Below, one piece after another: positions 13,398 to 23,749 of a DNA stretch of 64,000 nt (the stretch's first letter is position 1; every line of letters starts with the position of its first letter). This DNA comes from Myxococcales bacterium (GTDB lineage: Bacteria; Myxococcota_A; UBA9042; JABWCM01; BTVJ01), in contig BTVJ01000004.1 in assembly GCA_045863395.1 (NCBI GenBank), positions 1 to 64,000 on the forward strand, read 5' to 3'. The position numbers and the translations under genes were made by a program. The notes below the pieces were generated by a model, which ran no database searches, was not told the origin of the DNA, and saw only the letters and a program-made list of their open reading frames with translations.

Positions 13398-15449
13398 ATG
13401 GGCCACACGACACACGACGACGACCACGGGAGCCACGGGGCGCACGACGCCCACGGCCACGACGATCACGGCCACGACGATCACGGGGGCCACGGCGCGA
13501 CTCTGAGGCAGCTCGCTGTCATCGTGGTCGCGCTGCTGCTCGCCGGCGCCGCGTGGGGCGCGGGCCGCCTGCTCAACGATGCGCCGGTGGTCACGTCCAC
13601 GGCTCCGCCGGACGCCCCGGCCCAGCCGCTGGTCACGCCGGTGCTCGGAGCGGCCGACCCGACGGTCGTCATCCTGGTGGCGAGCGACTTCCAGTGCCCC
13701 TTCTGTGCGCGGGTCCTCCCGTCGGTGCTGCGGGCGGTCAAGGACTTCCCGGACGACGTCCAGCTCCGCTACCGGTTCAACCCCCTGTCCTTCCACCCGC
13801 AGGCGATCCCCGCGGCCAAGGCGGCGCTGGCGGCGGCGCGCCAGGGCAGGTTCTGGGAGATGCACGACCTGCTCTACGCCCGCCAGAAGGAGCTGGCCCC
13901 AGCGCTGTACCCGGAGCTGGCGAAGCAGCTCGGCCTCGACGAGGCGCGCTTCGTCAAGGACATGGCCGACCCCGCGGTCGAGGCGAAGATCGCCGCGGAT
14001 GTGGCGGCAATGACGGCGCTTGGGGGCCAGGGCACGCCCAACTTCTTCATCAACGGAAGGCAGGTCAAGGGCGCCCAGTCCTACGACGTGTTCAAGCGCG
14101 TCATCGACGATCAGGTCCGGGCGGCGCGCAAGCTGATCGCCGCCGGCTCGTCCCGGGCGTCCGCCATGGTCGCCCTGTCCCGCAAGAACCACGGGACCCC
14201 GGACCTCTTCGTCAAGTACGGCCTGCTGGACGAGGTGCCCCCAGGCGGCGGCACGCTGGCCCAGGCGCCCCAAGGCGCGCCGGAGGCCGCGGCAGACCTG
14301 CCGATGGCGGAGGAGACGGTCTACAAGGTCACGGTCGGCCCCGAGGACGCCCAGCGCGGGCCGGCGGATGCCCTGGTCACCGTGGTCGTGTTCAGCGAGT
14401 TCCAGTGCCCCTTCTGCGCGCGCATCGGGCCCACGATGACGAAGCTGGAGGAGACCTACGGCGACAAGCTGCGCGTGGTCTTCAAACACAACCCCCTCGA
14501 CTTCCACCCGAACGCCCGCCCCGCGGCCCTCGCCGCCATGGCCGCGCAGGAGCAGGGCAAGTTCTGGGAGATGCACGACAAGCTCTTCGCCAACCAGCAG
14601 AAGCTGGAGCGGGAGACGCTGGACGAGCTGGCGCGGGACCTCGGCCTCGACATGGTGAAGTTCAAGGCCGCCATGGACACCGAGCGATTCGACGCGCGCA
14701 TCGACGCGGACATGGAGCTGGCGGACAAGGTCACCGTCCGGGGAACGCCCAACTCCTTCGTGAACGGCCGCAAGCTGGCGGGGGCCGTGCCCTTCGAAGC
14801 CTTCAAGAAGCTGGTGGACGAGGAGCTGGCCAAGGCCCAGAAGCTCGTGGACGACGGGACACCGCGCACGGACGTCTACGCCCGCATCATCGCGGACGGC
14901 AAGGTGGTCACGGCGCTTGCAGAGGAGCGGAAGGCCATCAAGACCGACGGCGCCCCGATCCAGGGGGTGGCGGACGCCCCGATCAAGATCGCAGTGTTCA
15001 GCGACTTCCAGTGCCCGTATTGCTCGCGGGTCGGCCCACCGCTGGAGGAGGTCCGCAAGCACTACGGAGACAAGGTGGCCGTGGTGTTCAAGCACTTCCC
15101 CCTGAACTTCCACGACAAGGCGATGATCGCGGCCGAGGCCGCGGAGGCGGCGGGCGCCCAGGGCAAGTTCTGGGAGATGCACGACAAGCTCTTCGCGAAC
15201 CAGCAGAAGCTCGACCGCGAGTCCCTGGAGAGCTACGCCAAGGAGCTGGGCCTCGACATGGACAAGTTCAAGGCCGCGCTCGACCAGAACACCTACGAGC
15301 AGCGCATCAAGGACTCCCTCGCCGAGGGGCAGGCCATCGGGGTCCGTGGGACGCCGTCGGTCTACGTGGATGGCCGGGCCTTCCAGCCCGGGACCGGCTA
15401 CTCCCTCGCAGCCTTCCGCAAGGCCATCGACCCCCTGCTCCCTCGCTGA
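13398..15449 (+). CDS. DsbA-family protein with three thioredoxin domains, His-rich N-terminus and one TM anchor
   Basis: SDFQCPFC, SEFQCPFC and SDFQCPYC, each followed by QGxFWEMHD and GTP cis-Pro motifs. Confidence 0.92.
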   Translation: MGHTTHDDDHGSHGAHDAHGHDDHGHDDHGGHGATLRQLAVIVVALLLAGAAWGAGRLLNDAPVVTSTAPPDAPAQPLVTPVLGAADPTVVILVASDFQCPFCARVLPSVLRAVKDFPDDVQLRYRFNPLSFHPQAIPAAKAALAAARQGRFWEMHDLLYARQKELAPALYPELAKQLGLDEARFVKDMADPAVEAKIAADVAAMTALGGQGTPNFFINGRQVKGAQSYDVFKRVIDDQVRAARKLIAAGSSRASAMVALSRKNHGTPDLFVKYGLLDEVPPGGGTLAQAPQGAPEAAADLPMAEETVYKVTVGPEDAQRGPADALVTVVVFSEFQCPFCARIGPTMTKLEETYGDKLRVVFKHNPLDFHPNARPAALAAMAAQEQGKFWEMHDKLFANQQKLERETLDELARDLGLDMVKFKAAMDTERFDARIDADMELADKVTVRGTPNSFVNGRKLAGAVPFEAFKKLVDEELAKAQKLVDDGTPRTDVYARIIADGKVVTALAEERKAIKTDGAPIQGVADAPIKIAVFSDFQCPYCSRVGPPLEEVRKHYGDKVAVVFKHFPLNFHDKAMIAAEAAEAAGAQGKFWEMHDKLFANQQKLDRESLESYAKELGLDMDKFKAALDQNTYEQRIKDSLAEGQAIGVRGTPSVYVDGRAFQPGTGYSLAAFRKAIDPLLPR

Positions 15450-15539
15450 GCCGAATGAGCCCGTGCGCCGGGGTGTGGGACACCGTAGAATGCGGAGCGC
15501 CTTGGTCCGCGTTCCATGACAATGGGGTTGACGGGCCGC

Positions 15540-15567
15540 TTGCACGGCGCGCCGGTTTGGCTATAGT
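15540..15567 (+). promoter_or_regulatory. Putative sigma70-type promoter for korAB-lipA
   Basis: TTGCAC-16 nt-TATAGT, about 78 nt upstream of the korA ATG. Confidence 0.4.
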
Positions 15568-15644
15568 CGCGGCTCTGCTCACAGGACAGGCCGCTCAGAC
15601 CCCGTGACGGGTCGCCTGATCCGTAAGGAAGGAAAGAGCCACAG

Positions 15645-17504
15645 ATGGCACACGCAGCGAAGAAGGTCGAGTCCCTCGACAGGGTCGTCATCCGCTTTGC
15701 CGGCGACTCCGGCGACGGCATGCAGCTCACTGGCAGCCAGTTCACCACCGCGTCGGCCATCGCCGGCAACGACCTGGCGACCCTCCCGGACTACCCGGCC
15801 GAGATCCGGGCCCCGGCGGGGTCTCTGGCGGGCGTGTCGGGCTTCCAGATCCAGTTCTCCAGCCAGAACGTGCTGACGCCCGGCGACTCGCCGGACGTGC
15901 TCGTGGCGATGAACCCCGCCGCCCTCCAGCGCAACTACAGAGATGTGCGGCGCGGGGGGACCATCATCATCGACAGCGGCGAGTTCGAGCCGCGGGCGCT
16001 GAAGCAGGCGGGCTTCACGAGCGACCCGCGCACGGACGGGACCCTGGACGGCTGGAGCGTGCAGGAGGTGCCCCTGACGAAGTTGACCCTGGAGGCCCTC
16101 GCCCACCTGGACCTGGGCCAGAAGGAGTCGAAGCGCAGCAAGAACCTCTTCGCCCTGGGCCTGATGTACTGGATGTACGGCCGCCCCATGGACGCGACCG
16201 TCGACTACCTGCACCGCAAGTTCGCGCGGCGGAGCGACGTGCTGGAGGCGAACCTCATCGCGCTGAAGGCGGGGTGGGCCTTCGGCGAGACCACGGAGGC
16301 CTTCGCCACCAGCTACGAGGTCCCGAAGGCGAGCATCGAGCCCGGCTTCTACCGCAACATCGCCGGAAACGAGGCCGTCGCCCTGGGGCTGGTCGCCGCG
16401 ACCCACAAGGCGGGGCTGCGGCTGTTCCTGGGCAGCTACCCGATCACGCCCGCCTCGACCATCCTGCACGAGCTCAGCAAGTTCAAGGAGTTCGGGGTGG
16501 TCACGTTCCAGGCGGAGGACGAGATCGCCGCGGTGACCTCCGCCATCGGCGCGTCCTTCGGCGGGGCGCTGGGCATGACCACGTCCAGCGGACCGGGCAT
16601 CGCGCTGAAGACCGAGGGCATCGGCCTCGCGGTCATGACCGAGCTGCCGCTGGTCATCGTCAACGTGCAGCGCGGCGGCCCCAGCACGGGCCTGCCCACC
16701 AAGACCGAGCAGGCGGACCTGCTCCAGGCCGTGTGGGGGCGCAACGGGGAGTGCCCCGTTCCCGTGATCTCCGCGAGCACCCCGTCGGACTGCTTCGACG
16801 TGGCCTTCGAGGCGGTGCGCATCGCCACCAAGTACATGACCCCCGTGTTCCTGCTGAGCGACGGCTACATCGCCAATGGCGCCGAGCCTTGGAAGGTGCC
16901 CGACCCTGACGCCCTGCCGACGGTGGAGGTCGCCTTCCGCACCGAGGTCGAGGGCTTCCAGCCCTACGCGAGGGACGAGAACCTGGCGCGGCCATGGGTG
17001 AAGCCCGGCACCCCCGGGCTGGAGCACCGCATCGGCGGCCTCGAGAAGGAGCACATCACGGGCGACGTGTGCTACACGGGCTCCAACCACGAGCTCATGG
17101 TGCACATGCGTGCGAACAAGGTGGCCGGCATCGCGCGGGAGTACCCGCCGACGACCGTCACCGGCCCCGACGCCGGGGATCTGGTCGTCGTGGGCTGGGG
17201 CTCCACCTACGGCGCCATTCGTGTGGCCGTCCTGCGGGCGCAGGCCGCAGGCAAGTCGGTGGCGCACCTGCACCTGCGCTACATCAACCCGCTCCCCTCG
17301 GACCTGGGTGACGTGCTGCGCCGCTACGGCCGGGTGCTGATGCCCGAGATGAACCTGGGCCAGCTCTCCCGCATCCTGCGGTCCGAGTATCTGGTCGACG
17401 CCCAGTCCCTGTGCAAGGTGCAGGGGCAGCCCTTCATGGTGGAAGAGATCGAGGACGCCATCGACCAGCAGCTCGCGCTGCTCCATGGAGCAACCCATGT
17501 CTGA
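15645..17504 (+). CDS. korA: 2-oxoacid:ferredoxin oxidoreductase alpha subunit
   Basis: IRFAGDSGDGMQL, GSYPITPAS, QAEDEIAA, TSSGPG, NVQRGGPSTGLPTKTEQAD. Confidence 0.93.
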   Translation: MAHAAKKVESLDRVVIRFAGDSGDGMQLTGSQFTTASAIAGNDLATLPDYPAEIRAPAGSLAGVSGFQIQFSSQNVLTPGDSPDVLVAMNPAALQRNYRDVRRGGTIIIDSGEFEPRALKQAGFTSDPRTDGTLDGWSVQEVPLTKLTLEALAHLDLGQKESKRSKNLFALGLMYWMYGRPMDATVDYLHRKFARRSDVLEANLIALKAGWAFGETTEAFATSYEVPKASIEPGFYRNIAGNEAVALGLVAATHKAGLRLFLGSYPITPASTILHELSKFKEFGVVTFQAEDEIAAVTSAIGASFGGALGMTTSSGPGIALKTEGIGLAVMTELPLVIVNVQRGGPSTGLPTKTEQADLLQAVWGRNGECPVPVISASTPSDCFDVAFEAVRIATKYMTPVFLLSDGYIANGAEPWKVPDPDALPTVEVAFRTEVEGFQPYARDENLARPWVKPGTPGLEHRIGGLEKEHITGDVCYTGSNHELMVHMRANKVAGIAREYPPTTVTGPDAGDLVVVGWGSTYGAIRVAVLRAQAAGKSVAHLHLRYINPLPSDLGDVLRRYGRVLMPEMNLGQLSRILRSEYLVDAQSLCKVQGQPFMVEEIEDAIDQQLALLHGATHV

Positions 17505-18516
17505 GGCCAAGAAGCTCACCAGGAAGGACTTCGTCAGCGACCAGGAGGTGCGCTGGTGCCCCGGCTGCGGGGACTACGCCATCCTGGCCGCCGTGCAGAA
17601 GGTGATGCCGACGCTGGGGATCCCCAGGGAGAACATCGTCTTCGTGAGCGGCATCGGGTGCTCGAGCCGCTTCCCGTACTACATGGAGACCTACGGGTTC
17701 CACACCATCCACGGGCGGGCGCCGGCCATCGCTACGGGTCTGAAGCTCGCGAACCCGGAGCTGTCCGTCTGGGTGGTGACCGGGGACGGAGACGGGCTCT
17801 CCATCGGGGCGTCGCACCTGCTGCACGCCCTGCGGCGCAACGTCGACGTGAAGATCCTGCTGTTCAACAACCGGATCTACGGGCTGACCAAGGGCCAGTT
17901 CTCGCCGACCTCCGAGCTGGGCAAGCGCACCGCGTCCACGCCCTACGGGTCGGTGGACTACCCCTTCGATCCGCTGAGCGTGGCCATCGGCGTGGAGGCG
18001 TCCTTCGTGGCGCGGGCCACGGACGTGGACATCAAGCTCCTCGGCGACGTCCTGACGCGCGCGGCGGCGCACAAGGGGTCGGCCTTCGTCGAGATCTACC
18101 AGAACTGCAACATCTTCAACGACGGCGCCTTCGACAGCATCCGCGGGAAGGACGTCAAGGCGGACGCGCAGCTCGAGCTGGAGCACGGCAAGCCGCTGAT
18201 CTTCGGGGCCGATCGGGACAAGGGGATCCGCCTGAACGCCCAGGGAGCGCCCGAGGTCGTGCGGCTCGGCGACGGCATCACCGAGGCGGACCTCCTCGTG
18301 CACGACGAGGCGTTCTCCAACCCGGCCTACGCCTTCACCCTGTCCCGCATGGGCCGCGAGGACGGCCTGCCCACTCCGGTGGGCGTGCTCCGCGCCGTGT
18401 CGCGTCCGAGCTACGCCGCGTCCATGTATGCGCAGCTCGAGACTGTGGCGGCGCAGCGAGGGAAGGCGGACCTCGGGAAGCTGCTGCGCTCCGGCCAGAC
18501 CTGGACGCAGGCCTGA
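17497..18516 (+). CDS. korB: 2-oxoacid:ferredoxin oxidoreductase beta subunit
   Basis: [18 protein letters not shown] motif GDGD...[15 protein letters not shown]. Confidence 0.93.
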   Translation: MSEAKKLTRKDFVSDQEVRWCPGCGDYAILAAVQKVMPTLGIPRENIVFVSGIGCSSRFPYYMETYGFHTIHGRAPAIATGLKLANPELSVWVVTGDGDGLSIGASHLLHALRRNVDVKILLFNNRIYGLTKGQFSPTSELGKRTASTPYGSVDYPFDPLSVAIGVEASFVARATDVDIKLLGDVLTRAAAHKGSAFVEIYQNCNIFNDGAFDSIRGKDVKADAQLELEHGKPLIFGADRDKGIRLNAQGAPEVVRLGDGITEADLLVHDEAFSNPAYAFTLSRMGREDGLPTPVGVLRAVSRPSYAASMYAQLETVAAQRGKADLGKLLRSGQTWTQA

Positions 18517-18520
18517 GTCC

Positions 18521-19426
18521 GTGGGCGCAGGAGAGGTCCAGCGGGTCAAGCCCCCGTGGCTCAAGGTGCGAGCGCCCGGGGGGGAGACCTACACGGCCAT
18601 CAAGCAGCGGCTCCGGGCGCTGTCCCTGCACACAGTCTGCGAGGAGGCGCGCTGCCCCAACATGGGGGAGTGCTGGGGCGGTGGCACTGCGACCCTCATG
18701 CTCATGGGCGACGTGTGCACCCGCGGCTGCCGCTTCTGTGCGGTGACGACCGGGCGGCCGGGCGCGCTTGACCCAGGTGAGCCAGAAAAGACCGCCGACA
18801 CCGTGCAGGCAATGGGCCTGGAGTACGTGGTGCTCACGTCGGTCAACCGCGACGATCTCGCGGACGGCGGCGCCGACCACTTCGCCCGGTGCGTGGAGGC
18901 CATCAAGCGGCGCACCCCGTCGGTGCTCGTGGAGTGCCTCACGCCCGACTTCGAGGGGGACGCGGCGGCCGTCGCGCGGGTGGTGGCGTCGGGCCTCGAC
19001 GTGTTCGCCCACAACGTGGAGACCGTGCCCCGCATGCAGCGGCGGGTGCGGGACGTGCGCGCCACCTGGGACCAGTCCGTAGGCGTGCTGCGGGCGGCGC
19101 GGCGCGTCGCGCTCAGTGAGGGGCGCCGCCTTCTGACCAAGACATCCATCATGGTCGGCGCGGGCGAGACCGACGCCGAGCTCGACGAGGCCCTGGTGGC
19201 GCTGGCTCCCGACGTGGACGTGATCACCTTCGGGCAGTACCTGCGCCCGAGCCCGAAGCACCTGGAGGTGGACCGATACGTCCCCCCGGAGACCTTCGCG
19301 GCCCTTCATGACCGCGCCCTGTCCCTGGGCTACGCCTACTGCGCCTCGGGTCCCCTCGTGCGGTCGTCGTATCGGGCGGGGGAGCTGTACTTGAAGGCCC
19401 TCCTCCGCGGAGACGGGCCGGCCTGA
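18521..19426 (+). CDS. lipA: Lipoyl synthase
   Basis: [18 protein letters not shown], radical-[12 protein letters not shown]-terminal VRSSY; GTG start 4 nt after the korB stop (start uncertain). Confidence 0.93.
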   Translation: MGAGEVQRVKPPWLKVRAPGGETYTAIKQRLRALSLHTVCEEARCPNMGECWGGGTATLMLMGDVCTRGCRFCAVTTGRPGALDPGEPEKTADTVQAMGLEYVVLTSVNRDDLADGGADHFARCVEAIKRRTPSVLVECLTPDFEGDAAAVARVVASGLDVFAHNVETVPRMQRRVRDVRATWDQSVGVLRAARRVALSEGRRLLTKTSIMVGAGETDAELDEALVALAPDVDVITFGQYLRPSPKHLEVDRYVPPETFAALHDRALSLGYAYCASGPLVRSSYRAGELYLKALLRGDGPA

Positions 19427-19559
19427 CCCCGGCCTCGGGGGTGTGTGGAACTTCGTGAGTCCACCTCCTGAGCGGGCTACACGCCTGCGCGCCTTTCGGG
19501 TAGAGTGCTCCCGCCAACGAACGTGCGTCGGCCTCGATGGCTCGGCCCAGGAGGAGCCC

Positions 19560-22500
19560 ATGTCCCGTCTGATCCTCATCGCCCTGCTGCTCGCCTCCGG
19601 GTGCACCCGCAACCGCGTCACCGGCGGTGGAGGAGAGAACGGCGCCGCCTGCACCGAGGGCGGGAACTGCCAGACCGGCATCTGCGACCCGGCCACCGCC
19701 ACGTGCGCCACCTGCTCCAGCGACGCCCACTGCGGGGTCGGCTCCTTCTGCAAGGGCCAGGGGTGCTCGCCGCTCGTCGCCTGCGACACGGACGAGCAGT
19801 GCACGGCCGGGGTCTGCGACACCGTCAAGTCCCGCTGCGTGGACTGCATTGACGACGAGGGGTGCGGCGACGGGACGTTCTGCCTGCGGGGTGGCTGCGT
19901 CGCCATCCCGGCGGGCGGGCTGCCTGGCGCGGACGCCGCGGGTGGGGACGGCTCGGGCGGAGACGGCAGCGGGGGCGGTGGGGGCGACGGTACAGGTGCG
20001 GACGGGGGCATGAGCGACGGCTCCGGGTGGGGCGACGGCTCCGGGTGGGGCGACGGCTCCGGTGGCGGGGATGGTTCCGGGTGGGGCGACGGCTCCGGCG
20101 GCGGGGACGGCTCCGGCGGCGGGGACGGCTCCGGTGGGGGCGACGGTACGGGCGGCCCCGACGGGGGCGGCGGATCGACGGACCCGGTCCCCTGCGCTGG
20201 TGCGGCGGACTGCAACGACGGCAACCCCTGCACGGTCGAGATCTGCCAGGATGGCTTCTGCGCCGTGGCCTCGGGGCTGCCTGGCCCCTGCGACGACGGC
20301 AACCCTTGCACCCTGTTCGACCAGTGCGAGCAGGCGAAGTGTGTGGGCATCCAGAACCCGTGCGACGACGGGAACGCGTGCACCGCGGACTCCTGCAACA
20401 AGGCCCAGGGCTGTACCCACACCCCGGTGGACGGCGTGGCCTGCCTCGACGGCAACCCCTGCACGGACGGAGACGTGTGCAAAGGCGGCAAGTGCGTCGG
20501 GTCCGGGCAGCAGTGCGACGACGGCAACCCCTGCACCGTGGACGCCTGCGACGGCAACGGCGGGTGCACCTTCGCGCCCATCGAGGACGGGCACGCCTGC
20601 ACGGATGGTGACCCCTGCACGGTCTTCGACACCTGCGAGGAGGGCCACTGCGACGGGACCGACGTGGTCTGCGACGACGGGAGCCCCTGCACGGTAGACG
20701 CCTGCGACGCCAAGGGCGGCTGCGCGCTGTCACCGGCTGACGGCCCTTGCGACGACGGCAACCCCTGCACCGTGTCGGACCGGTGTGTGAGCGACAAGTG
20801 CCAGGGCGACCCAAAGCCGTGCAACGACGGCAACCCCTGCACCATCGACGCCTGCACCCCGGGCAAGGGCTGCACATACACCCCTGCGGCCAAGCCCTGC
20901 GACGACGGCAACGACTGCACCCAGAACGACACCTGCCTGAACGGGACCTGCAAGGGCGAGGGCCAGCAGTGCAACGACGGCAACCCGTGCACCATCGACT
21001 CCTGCGACGGCAAGGGCGGCTGCAAGGCGACCTTGAAGGAAGGCGAGGCCTGCGACGACGGCAACGCCTGCACCTTCGGCGACACCTGCACCGGCGGCAC
21101 CTGCCAGGGCAAGGCGACCGTGTGCGACGACGGCAACGCCTGCACCAGCGACTCCTGCGCCCAGAACGGGGAGTGCGCGTACAAGCCGCTGACCGCCGGC
21201 TGCGACGATGGCAACCCCTGCACCATCAACGACACCTGCGCGACCGGCTTCTGCAAGGGCACCGTCAAGACCTGCGACGACGGCAACGCCTGCACCAAGG
21301 ACGCCTGCGAGGGCGGCAAGTGCACCTTCAAGCCCACCCCGGGCGTGGCCTGCGATGACGGCAATGCCTGCACCGAGAAGGACACGTGCAGCGACATCGG
21401 CAAGTGTCTGGGGACGGGGCAGCAGTGCGACGACGGGAGCCCCTGCACCGTGGATGGCTGCGATGGCAAGGGCGGGTGCATCTTCAAGCCGCTCGACGGC
21501 ACCGCCTGCGAGGACGGCGACCCCTGCACCCACCAGGACGTGTGTACGAAGGGGGTGTGCAAGGCGAAGCCGGCCATCTGCGACGACAACAGCGTCTGCA
21601 CCAAGGACGCCTGCGGGGTGGACGGTACCTGCACGTACATCGCCGTCCAGGCCAAGTGCGACGACGGGGACGCCTGCACCATCGACGACGAGTGCGTCTT
21701 CGGCAAGTGCAAGGGGACGGCGAAGGTCTGCGACGACGGCAACCCGTGCACCAAGGACGCCTGCTCGGCGCAGAGCGGCGCGTGCAAGGGCGTTCCCCTC
21801 GACGCCATCGCGTGCGACGACGGCAACTCCTGCACGACGGACGACATCTGCAAGGGCGGCAAGTGCGTGGGCGCCGGCCCGAGCTGCGACGACGCCAACC
21901 CCTGCACCAAGGACGACTGCGACGGCAAGGGCGGGTGCGTCCACACGCCGCTCCAGGGCACGAAGTGCCTGGACGGGCAGCCCTGCTCCCACGGCGGCGA
22001 GTGCAAGGACGGCGCCTGCCAGGGCAAGCAGCTCGCCTGCGACGACGGCAACCCCTGCACCATCGACTCCTGCGACGGGACCGGCTGCAAGTACACGGTG
22101 AAGGACGGCGGCTTCTGCGACGACGGCAACGCCTGCACCGCGGACGACCAGTGCAAGGGCAAGGTGTGCACCGGCACGGCCAAGGGCTGCGACGACGGCA
22201 ACCCCTGCACCACCGACTTCTGCGACAACCAAGGCGCCTGCGGCCACAAGAACGTCGCCGGGGCGGGCTGCGACGACGGCGACCCCTGCACGGAGGCCTC
22301 CGCGTGCCAGGACGGCAAGTGCAAGGGCAAGAGCAGCGCGGGCGTCGAGTGCGACGACGGCAATGACTGCACGGTGGACGCCTGCGACGGCAAGGGGGGC
22401 TGCAAGTACACGCCCCAGTCCCAGGTCCCCTGCGACGACCGGGAGCCCTGCACCTACAACGACACCTGCACGCAAGGGGTGTGCAAGGGCGTGGTCGACG

Positions 22501-23669
22501 CCTGCGACGACGGCAACCCCTGCACCAAGGACGCCTGCAACCCGCTCGGCGGCTGTGCCCACGGCATCATCCCGGGCCCCTGCGACGACGGCGACTCCTG
22601 CACCATCAAGGACTCCTGCCAGGGCGGCCAGTGCGTGGGCAAGAAGAAGGAGTGCGAGGACGGCGAGTACTGCACCTACGACATCTGCCTGAACCTGACG
22701 GGCGGGTGCGTGTCCATCCCGTTGATTCTCATACCCTGCGACGACGGCAACCCCTGCTCCGTCGCCGACACCTGCGAGTGGGGCGAGTGCATCGGCGAGG
22801 GCCCGGACTGCCGCGACGACAACCCGTGCACGGTGGACGGCTGCGACGCGGGCAAGAACTGCCTCTGGGAGAAGCTCAGCGACACGCCCTGCGACGACGG
22901 CGACCCGTGCACCTGGGAGGACACCTGCACGGACGGCGAGTGCGTGGGCGAGCCTGCGGACTGCGACGACGGCAACCCCTGCACCGAGGACTGGTGCGAC
23001 GAGCACGGCGCCTGCCAGCACGAGAAGCTGGAGGGCCCCTGCGACGACGGCAACCCGTGCACCGCCAATGACACGTGCATCTACGAGGTCTGCAAGGGCA
23101 AGGCCTTCCTCTGCAACGACAACAACACCTGCACCACGGACACCTGCGACGCGGCGGCCGGCGGCTGCATCTTCACCCCGGTCAACGGCCTGACCTGCGA
23201 CGACGGGGACGCCTGCACGACCAAAGACACCTGCAAGGGCGGCAAGTGCGTGGGCCTCCAGCCCAACTGCGACGACGGCAACGACTGCACCACGGACTTC
23301 TGCGACAACACGGGCAAGTGCGCCCACGGCAAGGCGAGCGGCGGCGTCGGCGATCCGCCCTGCGACGACGGCGACCCCTGCACAAAGGACGAGTACTGCG
23401 ACCAGGGCGTGTGCAAGGGCGCGCCGCTCGACTGCCCCCAGGACGACAACCCTTGCACCGAGAACGCCTGCGACAAGGCCCAGGGCAAGTGCGTGGTCAC
23501 GACCAAGGGCGGCTTCTGCGACGACGGCGAGGACTGCACCCAGTTCGAGCAGTGCAAGGACCAGGGCGGCGGGGCCTTCGCCTGCGTGGGGCAGATCAAG
23601 CCGGACAACACGGCCTGCAAGCTGTCCGGCGGCGGGTTCGGGAAGTGCTCTGGGGGGAAGTGCCAGTAG
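19560..23669 (+). CDS. Giant Cys-rich lipoprotein with Dictyostelium-type CDDGNPCTxDxC repeats
   Basis: GGAGGAG RBS; lipobox LASGC; dozens of CDDGNxCTxDxC units alternating between two subtypes. Confidence 0.9.
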   Translation: MSRLILIALLLASGCTRNRVTGGGGENGAACTEGGNCQTGICDPATATCATCSSDAHCGVGSFCKGQGCSPLVACDTDEQCTAGVCDTVKSRCVDCIDDEGCGDGTFCLRGGCVAIPAGGLPGADAAGGDGSGGDGSGGGGGDGTGADGGMSDGSGWGDGSGWGDGSGGGDGSGWGDGSGGGDGSGGGDGSGGGDGTGGPDGGGGSTDPVPCAGAADCNDGNPCTVEICQDGFCAVASGLPGPCDDGNPCTLFDQCEQAKCVGIQNPCDDGNACTADSCNKAQGCTHTPVDGVACLDGNPCTDGDVCKGGKCVGSGQQCDDGNPCTVDACDGNGGCTFAPIEDGHACTDGDPCTVFDTCEEGHCDGTDVVCDDGSPCTVDACDAKGGCALSPADGPCDDGNPCTVSDRCVSDKCQGDPKPCNDGNPCTIDACTPGKGCTYTPAAKPCDDGNDCTQNDTCLNGTCKGEGQQCNDGNPCTIDSCDGKGGCKATLKEGEACDDGNACTFGDTCTGGTCQGKATVCDDGNACTSDSCAQNGECAYKPLTAGCDDGNPCTINDTCATGFCKGTVKTCDDGNACTKDACEGGKCTFKPTPGVACDDGNACTEKDTCSDIGKCLGTGQQCDDGSPCTVDGCDGKGGCIFKPLDGTACEDGDPCTHQDVCTKGVCKAKPAICDDNSVCTKDACGVDGTCTYIAVQAKCDDGDACTIDDECVFGKCKGTAKVCDDGNPCTKDACSAQSGACKGVPLDAIACDDGNSCTTDDICKGGKCVGAGPSCDDANPCTKDDCDGKGGCVHTPLQGTKCLDGQPCSHGGECKDGACQGKQLACDDGNPCTIDSCDGTGCKYTVKDGGFCDDGNACTADDQCKGKVCTGTAKGCDDGNPCTTDFCDNQGACGHKNVAGAGCDDGDPCTEASACQDGKCKGKSSAGVECDDGNDCTVDACDGKGGCKYTPQSQVPCDDREPCTYNDTCTQGVCKGVVDACDDGNPCTKDACNPLGGCAHGIIPGPCDDGDSCTIKDSCQGGQCVGKKKECEDGEYCTYDICLNLTGGCVSIPLILIPCDDGNPCSVADTCEWGECIGEGPDCRDDNPCTVDGCDAGKNCLWEKLSDTPCDDGDPCTWEDTCTDGECVGEPADCDDGNPCTEDWCDEHGACQHEKLEGPCDDGNPCTANDTCIYEVCKGKAFLCNDNNTCTTDTCDAAAGGCIFTPVNGLTCDDGDACTTKDTCKGGKCVGLQPNCDDGNDCTTDFCDNTGKCAHGKASGGVGDPPCDDGDPCTKDEYCDQGVCKGAPLDCPQDDNPCTENACDKAQGKCVVTTKGGFCDDGEDCTQFEQCKDQGGGAFACVGQIKPDNTACKLSGGGFGKCSGGKCQ
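20016..20159 (+). repeat. 18-bp coding tandem repeat (~8 copies, DGSG[W/G]G)
   Basis: gacggctccgggtggggc and variants, in frame in the lipoprotein linker. Confidence 0.85.
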
Positions 23670-23749
23670 CGCCGCGCCTCGCAGGGCGGGACGACGCACC
23701 CGCTCCTGAAGGCGCTCGCGGAGTCGCATGAAGCTCGCGAGGCACAGCC

